Source of the DNA: Pseudomonadota bacterium | Lineage (GTDB): Bacteria; Pseudomonadota; Gammaproteobacteria; Burkholderiales; JABEVD01 | Reading direction: 5' to 3' | Assembly (NCBI GenBank): GCA_021835845.1 | Contig: JAKBJU010000001.1 | Coordinates: 76,908 to 140,907, forward strand | Length of the DNA stretch: 64,000 nt | Part shown: positions 37,870 through 49,090 of the stretch, piece after piece | How the letters are laid out: the number at the start of each line of letters is the position of its first letter | How positions within the stretch are numbered: position 1 is the first letter of the stretch | Notes under the pieces: generated by a model | The model's database searches: none | What the model saw: only the letters and a program-made list of their open reading frames with translations | Told to the model about the DNA's origin: nothing | Made by a program: the position numbers and the translations under genes

Positions 37870-39771
37870 ATGGGAAAAATCATTGGAATCGACCTGGGCA
37901 CCACCAACTCCTGTGTTGCGATCATGGAGAACGGCAAACCCAAGGTCATCGAAAATGCCGAAGGCGCAAGAACCACACCGTCCATCATCGCCTACACGGA
38001 TGAAGGAGAAGTGCTTGTTGGCGCCCCAGCGAAAAGGCAGGCTGTGACCAATCCGCACAACACGCTTTTCGCAGTGAAAAGGCTCATCGGTCGCCGTTTC
38101 GCTGAAGATGCCGTGCAGAAGGATGTCAAGCTGATGCCGTACAAGATCATCAAGGCCGACAACGGGGATGCCTGGGTCGACGTGCGCGACAGGAAGATTG
38201 CGCCGCCTGAGGTTTCTGCCCAGGTGCTGATGAAAATGAAGAAAACCGCCGAGGATTATCTCGGAGAGCCGGTGACAGAGGCCGTGATTACCGTGCCCGC
38301 CTATTTCAACGATTCCCAGCGCCAGGCGACCAAGGATGCAGGCCGCATCGCCGGACTCGAGGTCAAGCGCATCATCAACGAACCGACTGCTGCTGCGCTC
38401 GCTTTCGGCATGGACAAGAAGGAAGGCGACCGGAAAATTGCGGTCTACGATCTGGGCGGAGGAACCTTCGACATCTCGATCATCGAAATCGCCGAAATCG
38501 ACGGCGAACACCAGTTCGAAGTGCTCTCGACCAACGGCGACACTTTCCTGGGCGGAGAAGACTTCGACCAGAGACTGGTCGACTATCTGGCCGAGGAATT
38601 CAAGAAGGAACAGGGAATCGACCTCAAGAATGACAAGCTTGCCCTGCAGCGCCTGAAGGAAGCTGCCGAGAAAGCAAAGATCGAGCTTTCCTCATCCCAG
38701 CAAACCGAGATCAACCTGCCCTATATCACTGCGGATGCGACAGGGCCCAAGCATCTCGCCATCAAGATCACTCGCGCGAAATTCGAGAGCCTGGTGGATG
38801 ACCTCATCGAGCGCACTGTCGAACCCTGCAAGATTGCTATCAAGGATGCAGGCGTCAGCATCTCCGACATCGAAGACGTCATACTGGTCGGCGGGCAAAC
38901 CCGCATGCCGAAAGTTCAGGAGAAGGTGCGTGCCTTCTTCGGCAAGGAGCCTCGCAAGGACGTCAATCCTGACGAAGCGGTCGCAGTCGGCGCCGCGATC
39001 CAGGGAGGCGTGCTCCAGGGCGAAGTGAAAGACGTGCTGCTTCTCGACGTCACCCCGCTCTCGCTCGGGATCGAAACTCTGGGCGGCGTGATGACCAAGC
39101 TCATCCAGAAAAACACCACTATCCCGACCAAGGCTACCCAGGTATTCTCGACTGCGGAAGACAACCAGACTGCCGTGACGATCCACGTGCTTCAGGGTGA
39201 GCGCGAAATCGCCTCCGGCAACAAGAGCCTGGGCCAGTTCAATCTGACCGACATTCCGCCTTCTCAGCGCGGCATGCCCCAGATCGAGGTCACCTTCGAC
39301 ATCGATGCGAACGGGATCCTGCATGTCTCGGCAAAAGACAAGGCTACCGGCAAGGAAAACAAGATCAAGATCCAGGCGAGTTCTGGCTTGAGCGACGACG
39401 AGATCGATCGCATGGTCAAGGATGCCGAAGCGCATGCTGCCGAGGACCGTCAGGCCATCGAACTCGTCGAAGCAAGGAACCAGTGCGACGCCGCGATCCA
39501 TTCCGTCAAGAAACTGCTCGAGGAACATGGCTCGAAGATTTCCGCTGACGAAAAGTCCAAGATCGAACAGGCGACCCAGGCTGCAGAAGAAGCCGTCAAG
39601 GGCAACGACAAGGATGCGATTCATGCCCGCATGGAAGAACTCAGCAAGGCTTCCCAGAAGCTGGGAGAGGCGATGCAGCAAGCCCAGCAACAGGGTGGCG
39701 CAGAGTCGGCTGGCGCCTCCGATGCTGACGTCGTCGATGCCGAGTTCGAAGAAGTCCACGACAAGAAATAA
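37870..39771 (+). CDS. dnaK: Molecular chaperone DnaK (Hsp70)
   Basis: [31 protein letters not shown]; 633 aa. Confidence 0.98.
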   Translation: MGKIIGIDLGTTNSCVAIMENGKPKVIENAEGARTTPSIIAYTDEGEVLVGAPAKRQAVTNPHNTLFAVKRLIGRRFAEDAVQKDVKLMPYKIIKADNGDAWVDVRDRKIAPPEVSAQVLMKMKKTAEDYLGEPVTEAVITVPAYFNDSQRQATKDAGRIAGLEVKRIINEPTAAALAFGMDKKEGDRKIAVYDLGGGTFDISIIEIAEIDGEHQFEVLSTNGDTFLGGEDFDQRLVDYLAEEFKKEQGIDLKNDKLALQRLKEAAEKAKIELSSSQQTEINLPYITADATGPKHLAIKITRAKFESLVDDLIERTVEPCKIAIKDAGVSISDIEDVILVGGQTRMPKVQEKVRAFFGKEPRKDVNPDEAVAVGAAIQGGVLQGEVKDVLLLDVTPLSLGIETLGGVMTKLIQKNTTIPTKATQVFSTAEDNQTAVTIHVLQGEREIASGNKSLGQFNLTDIPPSQRGMPQIEVTFDIDANGILHVSAKDKATGKENKIKIQASSGLSDDEIDRMVKDAEAHAAEDRQAIELVEARNQCDAAIHSVKKLLEEHGSKISADEKSKIEQATQAAEEAVKGNDKDAIHARMEELSKASQKLGEAMQQAQQQGGAESAGASDADVVDAEFEEVHDKK

Positions 39772-39781
39772 TATTTGAATC

Positions 39782-39819
39782 GGGGACTCGGGGTGCATAC
39801 GCATGCATTCCGAGTCCCC
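39782..39819 (+). other. Long intercistronic stem-loop between dnaK and dnaJ
   Basis: GGGGACTCGG..TGCAT-ACGC-ATGCA..CCGAGTCCCC, a 10+5 bp stem. No U-tract follows. Confidence 0.6.
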
Positions 39820-39836
39820 TAATGGTTTCTGAAAAC

Positions 39837-40955
39837 ATGAGCAAGAGAGATTATTACGAAGTTCTGGGCGTGAACCGGGATGCGTCGGACGAAGATATCA
39901 AGAAGTCCTATCGCAAACTGGCGATGAAGCATCACCCCGACAGAAATCCGGACGACCCCAAAGCCGAGGAGCTTTTCAAGGAGGCCAAGGAAGCCTACGA
40001 AACGCTTTCCGATCCCCAGAAAAGAGCGGCCTACGACCAGTATGGTCATGCCGGTTTCGATGCGGGTGCCAGCGGCTTCGGCGGCGGATTTTCCGGCGGT
40101 TTTGCCGATGCGTTCGGGGACATTTTCGGCGACATCCTCGGCGGCGGCATGCGCGGAAGATCCAATGTCTATCGCGGCGCAGACCTGCAGTACAATCTCG
40201 AAATCTCGCTGGAAGAAGCTGCCCGAGGAACGGAAACCAAGCTCAGGATCCCGACGCAGGAATCCTGCGAAACCTGCAAGGGGAGCGGCGCCAAGCCAGG
40301 CACTCAACCTGCCACCTGCCAAACCTGCGGCGGGCATGGTCAGGTCAGGATGCAACAAGGGTTTTTCTCCATCCAGCAGACCTGCCCCAAATGTCATGGC
40401 AGCGGCAAGGTGATCACCTCCCCCTGCACCGACTGCAATGGTTCAGGCCGCGTCAAGCGCCACAAGACGCTTTCCGTGAAGATTCCGGTAGGGGTCGATG
40501 AAGGCGACAGAATACGCCTTTCAGGCGAAGGAGAAGCCGGCGTCAACGGCGGACCTTCCGGCGACCTGTATGTCGTGATTCGCTTGAAGCCTCACCCCAT
40601 TTTCCATCGGGAGCACAACGACCTGCACTGCGAAATGCCGATCAGCTTCGGCACCGCGGCTTTGGGCGGCGAAATCGAAGTGCCCACCCTCGATGGCTAT
40701 GTCAAACTGAAAATTCCGGCTGAAACGCAGTCCGGAAAAGTGATGCGGCTCAGGGGCAAAGGAATCAAGGGGGTCAGAAGCAGCGGTCACGGCGATATAT
40801 TGTGCCACCTCGTCGTCGAAACCCCGCTGAATCTGACCGATCGCCAAAAAGAGCTTCTGACGGAATTCGACGCCATCAGCCAGCAGGACAAACCCAGGCA
40901 TAGCCCGAAGTCAGAATCCTGGATGGACAAGGTAAAGTCCTTCTTTGCACAGTAG
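39837..40955 (+). CDS. dnaJ: Co-chaperone DnaJ
   Basis: [12 protein letters not shown], an HPD motif, a G/F region and four CxxCxGxG repeats. Start trimmed from 39822. Confidence 0.95.
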   Translation: MSKRDYYEVLGVNRDASDEDIKKSYRKLAMKHHPDRNPDDPKAEELFKEAKEAYETLSDPQKRAAYDQYGHAGFDAGASGFGGGFSGGFADAFGDIFGDILGGGMRGRSNVYRGADLQYNLEISLEEAARGTETKLRIPTQESCETCKGSGAKPGTQPATCQTCGGHGQVRMQQGFFSIQQTCPKCHGSGKVITSPCTDCNGSGRVKRHKTLSVKIPVGVDEGDRIRLSGEGEAGVNGGPSGDLYVVIRLKPHPIFHREHNDLHCEMPISFGTAALGGEIEVPTLDGYVKLKIPAETQSGKVMRLRGKGIKGVRSSGHGDILCHLVVETPLNLTDRQKELLTEFDAISQQDKPRHSPKSESWMDKVKSFFAQ

Positions 40956-41125
40956 CTAAAAGATCCGACAATCCCCGGCCGGCTCCGGCCAAGACCCATT
41001 CCGAAGCCGAATCGGCAGGCTGTACCTTGTTTCGCCGCTCATCCCCGATGATCAGAGGCTTTCTCGGAAACCATCGCATTGCACCCGTGTTTCACCTGCA
41101 CGATAGCGCAGAGGAGAAGATCCGG

Positions 41126-41677
41126 TTATTTCCATTCCCCCCGGACAATTTTCTCCGCCCAGAACAATCCTAAAACGGTTTTCACGTCGGTGATTTCCCC
41201 ATACCTCACGAGGTCCAGGGCCGAGGCAAGCGGCAACTCCATGTGCTCTATGAACTCCTCCTCGTCAATGCTCTTTTCGGAGAAGCTCAGATCTTCCGCA
41301 AGAAAGTAGATGAGGCTCTCGTCCGAATAGCCTATGCAGGGATGGATGGTGGCAATCTCTCTCCAGTTTTCCGCCTCATACCCTGTTTCTTCACGAAGTT
41401 CTCGCCTCGCGCATGTCAGCGGATCTTCTCCCGAATCGATCTTGCCAGCAGGCATTTCGATGAAGATACGACCCAGGGGATAGCGGAATTGCCGCTCCAG
41501 CAGCAGATTCCCGTTGGGGAGAAAGGCGATGACGACCACGGCGCCTGGATGGGTGATGTATTCGCGTACCGATTCCTTACCGTCGGGAAGCCGGACACGG
41601 TCCCGCTTCACTTTCAGCAGCACGCCATCATAGACTGAGCCCGAATCCAGCGTTTCCTCAAATAGGTCGCGGGACAC
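41126..41677 (-). CDS. NUDIX hydrolase (ADP-ribose pyrophosphatase-like)
   Basis: Nudix box GKIDSGEDPLTCARRELREETGY. Its GTG start abuts the nuoN TAG with no gap. Confidence 0.8.
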   Translation of the reverse strand: MSRDLFEETLDSGSVYDGVLLKVKRDRVRLPDGKESVREYITHPGAVVVIAFLPNGNLLLERQFRYPLGRIFIEMPAGKIDSGEDPLTCARRELREETGYEAENWREIATIHPCIGYSDESLIYFLAEDLSFSEKSIDEEEFIEHMELPLASALDLVRYGEITDVKTVLGLFWAEKIVRGEWK

Positions 41678-43132
41678 CTAGAATCCCAGCATGGAACTCT
41701 GGATGGATCGGGCGCAAAGGGCCATCAGGGATTGAGGCAGAATGCCGAGAGCCAGCACTGCAAGGCCATTGATTCCGAGCAGTATCCTGGCATCCTGTCC
41801 GCCTGCTATCGGCTCATTGTCGACCGGAGCGTCGAAATACATGAGTTTAACGATGCGCAGATAATAGAAAGCACCGATCAGGGAAAACAGCACTGCAGCG
41901 ATAACGAGTCCAAGATGTCCGGAATGCAAAGCTGCCTGCAAAACCGAAAACTTGGCGTAAAAGCCGACGGTCGGCGGAATCCCCGCCATGGAGAACATGA
42001 GCAGCAGCATGATGAATGCATGCCAGGGACTTTTCGCATTCAATCCCCTGAAATCATCAAGCTTGTCGGCCTCGAACCCTTCCCGGGACATCAGCATGAT
42101 CATGCCGAATCCGCCGAGGGTCATCAGGGCATAGACCAGGACATAGAACATGGCCGAACTGTAGCCGTTGACATTGCCGCTCAATATGCCGAGCAGCAGG
42201 AAGCCCATATGGGAGATCGTGGAATAAGCGAGCATGCGCTTGATATTCGCCTGGGCAATCGCAGTGATGTTGCCGATCGCCATGGACAGCACGGCAAGGA
42301 TGGCGAGCATCTGCGACCAGTCGTGAAGCATGGGCTGAAGTCCGCCTGAAAGCAGCCTTAGCACGAAGGCAAACGCCGCAAGTTTCGGAGCCGAGCCGAT
42401 GAAAAGCGTGACTGCGGTCGGTGCGCCGTGATAGACGTCGGGCACCCACATGTGGAAGGGAACCGCACCGAGTTTGAAGCCCAACCCCGCAACAACGAAG
42501 ACGATGCCGAACACCATCACGTTGGGATTCGCCTGGCCGCTCTTGATCGCTTCAAAGACCTTGCCGATATCGAGAGAACCCGTCGCGCCATAAAGCATGG
42601 ACATGCCATACAGCAACAGGCCCGAAGCAAGCGCCCCGAGAACGAAATATTTCATCGCGGCCTCGGTCGCGACATGAGAATCGCGCTGCAGGGCAACCAT
42701 CGCATAGAGGCTCAGCGACATCAGTTCCAGGCCAAGATAAAGGGAGAGGAAACTGCTGGCGGAAATCATTACCATCATCCCCAGAACAGCAAACAGGGAG
42801 AGCGTATAGAACTCCCCCTTGCACAACCCGCGCGAGGCGATGTAGCTTCTCGAATAGATCAGCAGCACTGCGACGCAAACATACACGCCGACTTTGAGCA
42901 CGGCAGTCATCATGTCGGCCACGTACATGTTGTCGAAAGTGTGCACTGCCGAACTGCTCGAAGTAAGGACCGTGATGACCGCGCAAACGGCAAGGGCCGC
43001 CTGGGTCAGCATGAACGTGAGAAAGCGCTTTGGATCGTCGACCACAAGATCCAGTATCAGTATCACCGAAAGCGCCCCAAGCAGGAATATTTCGGGAAGC
43101 GCAGGAGTCAATTCAGGCATGGGGAAATTCAT
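41678..43132 (-). CDS. nuoN: NADH-quinone oxidoreductase subunit N
   Basis: 484-aa polytopic antiporter-like subunit, last in the nuo order. Confidence 0.9.
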   Translation of the reverse strand: MNFPMPELTPALPEIFLLGALSVILILDLVVDDPKRFLTFMLTQAALAVCAVITVLTSSSSAVHTFDNMYVADMMTAVLKVGVYVCVAVLLIYSRSYIASRGLCKGEFYTLSLFAVLGMMVMISASSFLSLYLGLELMSLSLYAMVALQRDSHVATEAAMKYFVLGALASGLLLYGMSMLYGATGSLDIGKVFEAIKSGQANPNVMVFGIVFVVAGLGFKLGAVPFHMWVPDVYHGAPTAVTLFIGSAPKLAAFAFVLRLLSGGLQPMLHDWSQMLAILAVLSMAIGNITAIAQANIKRMLAYSTISHMGFLLLGILSGNVNGYSSAMFYVLVYALMTLGGFGMIMLMSREGFEADKLDDFRGLNAKSPWHAFIMLLLMFSMAGIPPTVGFYAKFSVLQAALHSGHLGLVIAAVLFSLIGAFYYLRIVKLMYFDAPVDNEPIAGGQDARILLGINGLAVLALGILPQSLMALCARSIQSSMLGF

Positions 43133-43141
43133 TCATTGTCC

Positions 43142-44626
43142 CTATTGTAGTTTGGTTTGGGCGACATGCATCAGGAGATCGTTCACCGATGCATGCATGG
43201 CCTCGGCAAATGGCAGGGGATAAATTCCCATGCCCAGGACGCCAATCGCCAGGAGGGCGAGGAAAAGGAACTCGCGCGGCGTAATATCCGTCAACTCCCC
43301 GACATGACTGTTCGATACCGCACCGAATATCACGCGCTTGTACATCCAGAGGGTATAGGCTGCGCCGAAAACCAGCGTGGTCGCAGCGAGGAAGGCGAGC
43401 CAGAAATCGGCTTTCATCGCGCCCAGGATCACCATGAATTCGCCCGCGAATCCGCTCGTTCCGGGAAGCCCTGAGTTCGCCATCGAAAACAGCATGAAGA
43501 AGGCAGCGAACATCGGCATCTTGTTGGCCACGCCGCCATAGTCGGCGATCTGACGCGAATGCATCCTGTCGTAAAGCACGCCGACGCAAAGGAACATCGC
43601 GCCCGAAATGAACCCGTGGGAAATCATCTGGATCAGCGCACCCTCGGTGCCTATGGAATTGAAAATAAAGATCCCCAAGGTGACGAATCCCATATGCGAA
43701 ATCGAGGAATAGGCGATCAGCTTCTTCATGTCGGACTGCACCAGTGCGACGAGTCCGATATAAACCACGGCGACCAGGGAAAGCGTGATCATGAAGCCTG
43801 ACAGCGCGTGGCTGGCGTCAGGTGCAATCGGCAGGGAGAAGCGCAGGAAACCGTACGCCCCGACTTTCAGCATGATTGCGGCCAGCACCACGGAGCCTCC
43901 GGTTGGCGCTTCCACATGGGCATCCGGGAGCCAAGTGTGCACCGGCCACATCGGCACCTTGACGGCAAATGCGACGAAGAAGGCAATGAAGATGAACACC
44001 TGCGCAGTCATGGTGAGCGGCAGCTTGTAATAGTCGAGAATGTTGAAACTGCCGGACAGGTTGTACATGTAAATCAGCGCGACCAGCATCAGGAGCGAAC
44101 CCATCAGCGTATAGAGGAAGAATTTGATTGCTGCGTACACCCGGTTCGGACCGCCCCAGACGCCGATGATGATGAACATCGGAATCAGCATCGCTTCCCA
44201 GAATACGTAAAAGAGCAGCGCATCGAGCGCCATGAAAACCCCGTTGACGATGCCCGACATGATGAGAAATGCCGCCATGTATTGCGCGACTTTCTTCTCG
44301 ATCACCTTCCAGCCTGCGATGACGACGAGCGGCGTGGTGAAGCAATTGAGCAATACCAGCCAGAGCGAGATGCCGTCCACGCCAAGATGGTAGTTGACGT
44401 GGAAGCGCTCCACCCACGGGACCATCTCGGTGAATTGCATTCCGCCCTGGAGCGCATTGAATCCGGTATATAGCGGAATCGCAACCAGAAATCCCAGTAC
44501 CGAACCAACGAGCGCGATCATCCTGGCTATATTCGCATTCCGGTCGCCGCCGGTCGCAAGGACGGCAATGCCTGCCACGATCGGCAGCCAGATTACCAGG
44601 GAAAGAAGCGGAAATCCGAGAATCAT
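43142..44626 (-). CDS. nuoM: NADH-quinone oxidoreductase subunit M
   Basis: 494-aa antiporter-like subunit (WLPDAHVEAPT). Confidence 0.9.
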   Translation of the reverse strand: MILGFPLLSLVIWLPIVAGIAVLATGGDRNANIARMIALVGSVLGFLVAIPLYTGFNALQGGMQFTEMVPWVERFHVNYHLGVDGISLWLVLLNCFTTPLVVIAGWKVIEKKVAQYMAAFLIMSGIVNGVFMALDALLFYVFWEAMLIPMFIIIGVWGGPNRVYAAIKFFLYTLMGSLLMLVALIYMYNLSGSFNILDYYKLPLTMTAQVFIFIAFFVAFAVKVPMWPVHTWLPDAHVEAPTGGSVVLAAIMLKVGAYGFLRFSLPIAPDASHALSGFMITLSLVAVVYIGLVALVQSDMKKLIAYSSISHMGFVTLGIFIFNSIGTEGALIQMISHGFISGAMFLCVGVLYDRMHSRQIADYGGVANKMPMFAAFFMLFSMANSGLPGTSGFAGEFMVILGAMKADFWLAFLAATTLVFGAAYTLWMYKRVIFGAVSNSHVGELTDITPREFLFLALLAIGVLGMGIYPLPFAEAMHASVNDLLMHVAQTKLQ

Positions 44627-44647
44627 AGCAATCCTATTTCAAAATGG

Positions 44648-46621
44648 TCATGGCTTGACGAACCAAGCATCGAGGATACCGCTCAGGCTCAGCAGCACAA
44701 AAAGGCCGAAGATCATTGCAAAGGCATAATGATAGACGTAGCCGGACTGCATCTCCCGGATCAGCCTCGAAACCCCCGCAACCATTTTTGCCGAGCCGTT
44801 CACGAAAAAACCGTCAATGATCTTGACATCCCCGAGACGCCAGAAGAAGTTGCCAACCTTCCTCGCTCCGCCTGCAAAGAACCAGTCGTTGAACTGGTCG
44901 AAGTAGTACTTGTTGTCGAGCACAGCATAGATCGCCCTGAAGCGATTTGCGATCAGGGCTGGAAGATCGGGACGCAGGATGTAGAGGAACCAGGCTGTCG
45001 CTATCCCGAAAAGCGCGAGAATGAATGGCATGCCGGTAATGTTTTGCAGCACGATCTGGCCCGAACTTACATCCCCCCGGAGATGCCGAATGACGTCATG
45101 GGACTCGGTCACGTATATGGCACTGCCGAAATAATTTCCGAACAGCAGCGGATTGATGTACGCCCACCCCGCATAGGCGGAAGGAATGGCGAGCAGGATA
45201 AGTGGAACCGTCACCGTCCAGGGAGACTCGTGCAGGTGCGATTCGGTATGGTGGTCCATCCTGGGCTTGCCATGGAAAGTCATGAATAGCAGCCTGAAGG
45301 TATAAAACGCGGTCACGAAAACACCGGCAAGCACGGCGAAATAGGCAAAGCCGGCCCCGGGAAGCTGAGAATCCCTGACTGCATCGATGATCATGTCCTT
45401 GGAGAAGAATCCGGCGAATGGCGGAATCCCTGACAGCGCAAGCGAGCCGATCACGACGCACCAGTAGGTGATGGGCATATATTTTCTGAGCCCCCCCATT
45501 TTCCTCATGTCCTGCTCATGGTGCATGGCGATGATTACCGAGCCTGCCCCGAGAAAAAGCAGCGCCTTGAAGAAGGCATGGGTCATGAGGTGAAATATCG
45601 CTGCGGGATAGGCGGATGCGCCCAGGGCAACCGTCATGTAGCCGAGTTGGGAAAGCGTGGAGTAGGCGATGACGCGCTTGATGTCGTTCTGCACCACCCC
45701 GAGAAAAGCCATGAAGAGTGCGGTGATGCCGCCGATGACCAGAATCACCGAAAGCGCAGTCTCCGAAAGTTCGAACAGCGGCGACATCCTCGCCACCATG
45801 AATATGCCTGCGGTGACCATGGTCGCAGCATGGATCAGCGCCGAAATCGGGGTCGGGCCTTCCATCGAGTCGGGCAGCCAGACATGGAGCGGGAACTGGG
45901 CGGATTTTCCCATCGCTCCAACGAACAGCAAGATGCAGATGACGCTGATGACAAGCCAGGGAGAACCCGGTATCAGTTCCACGGTATCTGTCGCTATAGC
46001 ATGGGCCCCGGCGAAAACGGAAGCATAATCGAGCGTGCCGAAATGCGCCAGGATCATGCCGATGCCGAGCAAAAAGCCGAAATCTCCCACCCTGTTGACG
46101 AGAAAAGCCTTGAGGTTGGCGTAAATCGCAGTTGGGCGGGTGAACCAGAACCCGATCAGGAGATAGGAAACCAGCCCCACCGCTTCCCATCCGAAGAAAA
46201 GCTGGAGGAAATTATTGGCCATCACCAGCATCAGCATCGAAAAGGTGAACAGGGAGATGTAGCTGAAGAAGCGCTGGTAGCCGTCGTCGTCGTGCATGTA
46301 GCCTATGGTGTAAATGTGCACCATGAGCGAGACAAAGGTCACGACGAGCATCATCAGAACGGTCAGCCTGTCTATCAGGAAGCCCACCTCGAAGCGAATG
46401 TCACCCGTGGTCAGCCAGGTGTAGACTGCGCCATTGAAATAATGGCCACGGCTCACATCCTGGAAAATCAGGACGGAAGCGAAAAAGGCTATCGCGACGC
46501 CCAGGATGGTAATCCAGTGAGAGGCGCCTCTTCCCAGCTTCCTGCCGAACAGCCCGGTGACCACTGCGCCAATCAGGGGCGCCAACGGCACAAGCAGATA
46601 CAGTTTTTGCATATCGGTCAT
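44648..46621 (-). CDS. nuoL: NADH-quinone oxidoreductase subunit L
   Basis: 657 aa (WLPDSMEGPTPISALIHAATMV) with a C-terminal lateral-helix extension. Confidence 0.9.
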   Translation of the reverse strand: MTDMQKLYLLVPLAPLIGAVVTGLFGRKLGRGASHWITILGVAIAFFASVLIFQDVSRGHYFNGAVYTWLTTGDIRFEVGFLIDRLTVLMMLVVTFVSLMVHIYTIGYMHDDDGYQRFFSYISLFTFSMLMLVMANNFLQLFFGWEAVGLVSYLLIGFWFTRPTAIYANLKAFLVNRVGDFGFLLGIGMILAHFGTLDYASVFAGAHAIATDTVELIPGSPWLVISVICILLFVGAMGKSAQFPLHVWLPDSMEGPTPISALIHAATMVTAGIFMVARMSPLFELSETALSVILVIGGITALFMAFLGVVQNDIKRVIAYSTLSQLGYMTVALGASAYPAAIFHLMTHAFFKALLFLGAGSVIIAMHHEQDMRKMGGLRKYMPITYWCVVIGSLALSGIPPFAGFFSKDMIIDAVRDSQLPGAGFAYFAVLAGVFVTAFYTFRLLFMTFHGKPRMDHHTESHLHESPWTVTVPLILLAIPSAYAGWAYINPLLFGNYFGSAIYVTESHDVIRHLRGDVSSGQIVLQNITGMPFILALFGIATAWFLYILRPDLPALIANRFRAIYAVLDNKYYFDQFNDWFFAGGARKVGNFFWRLGDVKIIDGFFVNGSAKMVAGVSRLIREMQSGYVYHYAFAMIFGLFVLLSLSGILDAWFVKP

Positions 46622-46623
46622 GC

Positions 46624-46929
46624 TTATCCTTTGAGGCTGTCGAGGTCGTCCACGTTGATCGTTTTCAGGTTGCGGAACAACACCACCAGTATCGCAAGCC
46701 CAATCGCAGATTCCGCCGCGGCCACGGTCAAGATGAAGAAAACGATGATCTGCCCGGCGGCGTCGCCGAGATAATGGGAGAAGGCGACGAAATTCATGTT
46801 CACCGCGAGCAGCATCAACTCGATCGCCATCAGGATGATGATCAGATTCTTTCTGTTCAGGAAGATGCCGACGATGCCGATCGCGAAAAGGATCGCACCG
46901 AGCACCAGATAATGCGATAGTGACAACAC
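46624..46929 (-). CDS. nuoK: NADH-quinone oxidoreductase subunit K
   Basis: 101 aa with 3 TM helices, (M)[17 protein letters not shown] start. Confidence 0.9.
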   Translation of the reverse strand: MLSLSHYLVLGAILFAIGIVGIFLNRKNLIIILMAIELMLLAVNMNFVAFSHYLGDAAGQIIVFFILTVAAAESAIGLAILVVLFRNLKTINVDDLDSLKG

Positions 46930-46951
46930 CTGGATTCCCCCTTTTGGTTCT

Positions 46952-47551
46952 TTATTCCTTGCCCGACGTCATCGACACCAGGCGCACCCTTTTTTCCTTG
47001 CGAGCGGCGAGCTGCTCGGAGGCGATCTGGGACTTGGCCCCCTTCCTCCTGCGCAAAGTCAGAGCAATCGCGGATACGATCGCAACCAGCAGGATCACCG
47101 CGGCAATCTCGAAAGGATAAACGTAATGGGTATATATCAGCCTGCCAAGCTCTCTGGTATTGCTGTAGCCGGCGGGATGCCCCTCAGGCGGGATGGCACC
47201 CGCAAGGCCAAAACGCTCGCTGCCCAGAACGACCCACATCTCGATGACCATGACGATTGCGAGCAGCGCCCCGAAAGGCAGCCATGCCCATATTCCCTCC
47301 CTGAGTTTCGCGATATTGATGTCGAGCATCATCACGACAAACAGGAAAAGCACCATCACCGCACCCACGTAAACCAGAACCAGTACGATCGCCAGGAATT
47401 CGGCTTCGAGAAGTATCCAGAGCCCGGCTGCAGTGAAAAAGGCGAGCACCAGGAAAAGCGCCGCATGCACCGGATTTCTCACCGTGATCACGGCAAGGGA
47501 CGATGCGACGAGCACCGCGGAGAAGAAATAAAAAACCAGGGCCTCTATCAT
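46952..47551 (-). CDS. nuoJ: NADH-quinone oxidoreductase subunit J
   Basis: 199-aa membrane subunit in the conserved position. Confidence 0.85.
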   Translation of the reverse strand: MIEALVFYFFSAVLVASSLAVITVRNPVHAALFLVLAFFTAAGLWILLEAEFLAIVLVLVYVGAVMVLFLFVVMMLDINIAKLREGIWAWLPFGALLAIVMVIEMWVVLGSERFGLAGAIPPEGHPAGYSNTRELGRLIYTHYVYPFEIAAVILLVAIVSAIALTLRRRKGAKSQIASEQLAARKEKRVRLVSMTSGKE

Positions 47552-47560
47552 GTTTTCTGC

Positions 47561-48049
47561 CTAGCGGTAACGCGCGTCCTGCGCCCGGTCTGCTGCGATC
47601 TGCGATTCATGTTTGTCTCCAATGGCAAGCAGCATCTGTTTGGTGTAAAGCAGTTCGCTGCGCTTCTCGGCGTGGTATTCCAGTATCCTCGTTTCCACAA
47701 TCGAATCGACCGGGCAGGATTCTTCGCAGAATCCGCAGAAGATGCATTTCGACAGGTCGATGTCGTAGCGGGTCGTCCTTCGGGTCCCGTCCTCGCGCTG
47801 CTCGGATTCGATGGTGATCGCAAGCGCAGGACAAACCGCCTCGCAGAGCTTGCAGGCGATGCAGCGCTCTTCTCCGTTGGGATAACGGCGCAACGCGTGC
47901 AGTCCCCTGAACCGGTTCGACTGCGGCGTCTTTTCCTCGGGAAACTGGACCGTGATTTTCCGCGCAAAAAGATAACGCCCGGTGAGCACCATTCCCTGCA
48001 CCAGTTCCACCAGCAGGAAAGTTCTGAAAAAATCCTTCAACCATTTCAT
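47561..48049 (-). CDS. nuoI: NADH-quinone oxidoreductase subunit I
   Basis: Two 4Fe-4S motifs, [12 protein letters not shown] and [12 protein letters not shown]. Confidence 0.95.
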   Translation of the reverse strand: MKWLKDFFRTFLLVELVQGMVLTGRYLFARKITVQFPEEKTPQSNRFRGLHALRRYPNGEERCIACKLCEAVCPALAITIESEQREDGTRRTTRYDIDLSKCIFCGFCEESCPVDSIVETRILEYHAEKRSELLYTKQMLLAIGDKHESQIAADRAQDARYR

Positions 48050-48061
48050 GTCATGTCCTCC

Positions 48062-49090
48062 TCACCACAGCCAAAGTGGCGTCTGCATCCAGGCACCGAT
48101 GACGACAATCCAGACCAGGGTCACGGGAATAAACACTTTCCAGCCCAGACGCATGATCTGGTCGTAGCGGTAGCGCGGAAAGGTCGCACGGAACCACAGG
48201 AACAGGAACAGGATGAAAGCGATCTTGAGGAGCAGCCAAAGGAAGCCGGGGATCCAGGTGAAAGGCGCAAAATTGAACGGGGGAAGCCATCCGCCCAGGA
48301 ACATCAGGGCACAAAGCGCAGAGACCAGAATCATGTTGGCATATTCGGCAAGATAAAACACCGAAAAGGTCATCCCGGAATATTCGACATGAAAGCCAGC
48401 GACGATTTCCGTTTCGCCTTCGGCAACGTCGAAAGGCGCGCGATTGGTCTCGGCCACGCCGGAAATCAGATAGACGAGAAAAAGCGGGAAAAGCGGAATG
48501 AAATACCAACTCCAGAATCCGCCGCCCGTTTGTCCCTTGACGATTTCTCCCAGATTCAAGCTGTGCGAGACCATGAGCACCCCGACCAGCGCAAAACCCA
48601 TCGCGATTTCGTAGGAGACGATCTGCGCTGAAGAGCGTATCGCACCAAGAAAGGCATATTTCGAATTCGACGCCCATCCCGCAACGATGACGCCGTAAAC
48701 TCCCATGGAAGTGGCAGCAAGGATGAAGAGCAGCCCCGCATCAATATTGGAGAGCACCAGTTCCGGGGAGAAGGGAACTACCGCCCATGCGACCAAGGCT
48801 GGCGCAATGGCGAGCACCGGAGCGAGTATGAACAGGAACTTGTTCGCACTTGACGGGATGATGATTTCCTTGAGCAGAATCTTGACTGCATCCGCGATCG
48901 GCTGCAGCAGTCCTCTCGGCCCCACCCTGTTCGGGCCTATCCTGACCTGGATATAGCCGATGACCTTGCGCTCCGCCAGCGTGAGATAGGCCACGGTGCC
49001 CATGATGGGGAGCGTGAGCACCACGATCTTGACCAGCGTCCAGACGAGCGGCCAGCTTTCCCCGAAAAGGTCCTGAAAATATGCCATCAT
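48062..49090 (-). CDS. nuoH: NADH-quinone oxidoreductase subunit H
   Basis: 342 aa, ..[30 protein letters not shown]. Confidence 0.95.
   Translation of the reverse strand: MMAYFQDLFGESWPLVWTLVKIVVLTLPIMGTVAYLTLAERKVIGYIQVRIGPNRVGPRGLLQPIADAVKILLKEIIIPSSANKFLFILAPVLAIAPALVAWAVVPFSPELVLSNIDAGLLFILAATSMGVYGVIVAGWASNSKYAFLGAIRSSAQIVSYEIAMGFALVGVLMVSHSLNLGEIVKGQTGGGFWSWYFIPLFPLFLVYLISGVAETNRAPFDVAEGETEIVAGFHVEYSGMTFSVFYLAEYANMILVSALCALMFLGGWLPPFNFAPFTWIPGFLWLLLKIAFILFLFLWFRATFPRYRYDQIMRLGWKVFIPVTLVWIVVIGAWMQTPLWLW

Noticed and set aside
38692-39804. 370-aa ORF antisense to dnaK. Also 57376-58470 antisense to pstS, 61559-62515 antisense to glmM, 4247-5629 and 6392-7315 antisense to the Aas-like gene, and 23529-24887 antisense to rmuC.
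   Set aside because: Same reasoning as above: shadow ORFs opposite conserved genes.
40956-41125. 170-bp gap after dnaJ with a GGCCGG-CT-CCGGCC palindrome (40977-40990), considered as an sRNA or terminator.
   Set aside because: The loop is too tight, there is no U-tract, and no promoter-like elements are present. Support is insufficient for an RNA gene.
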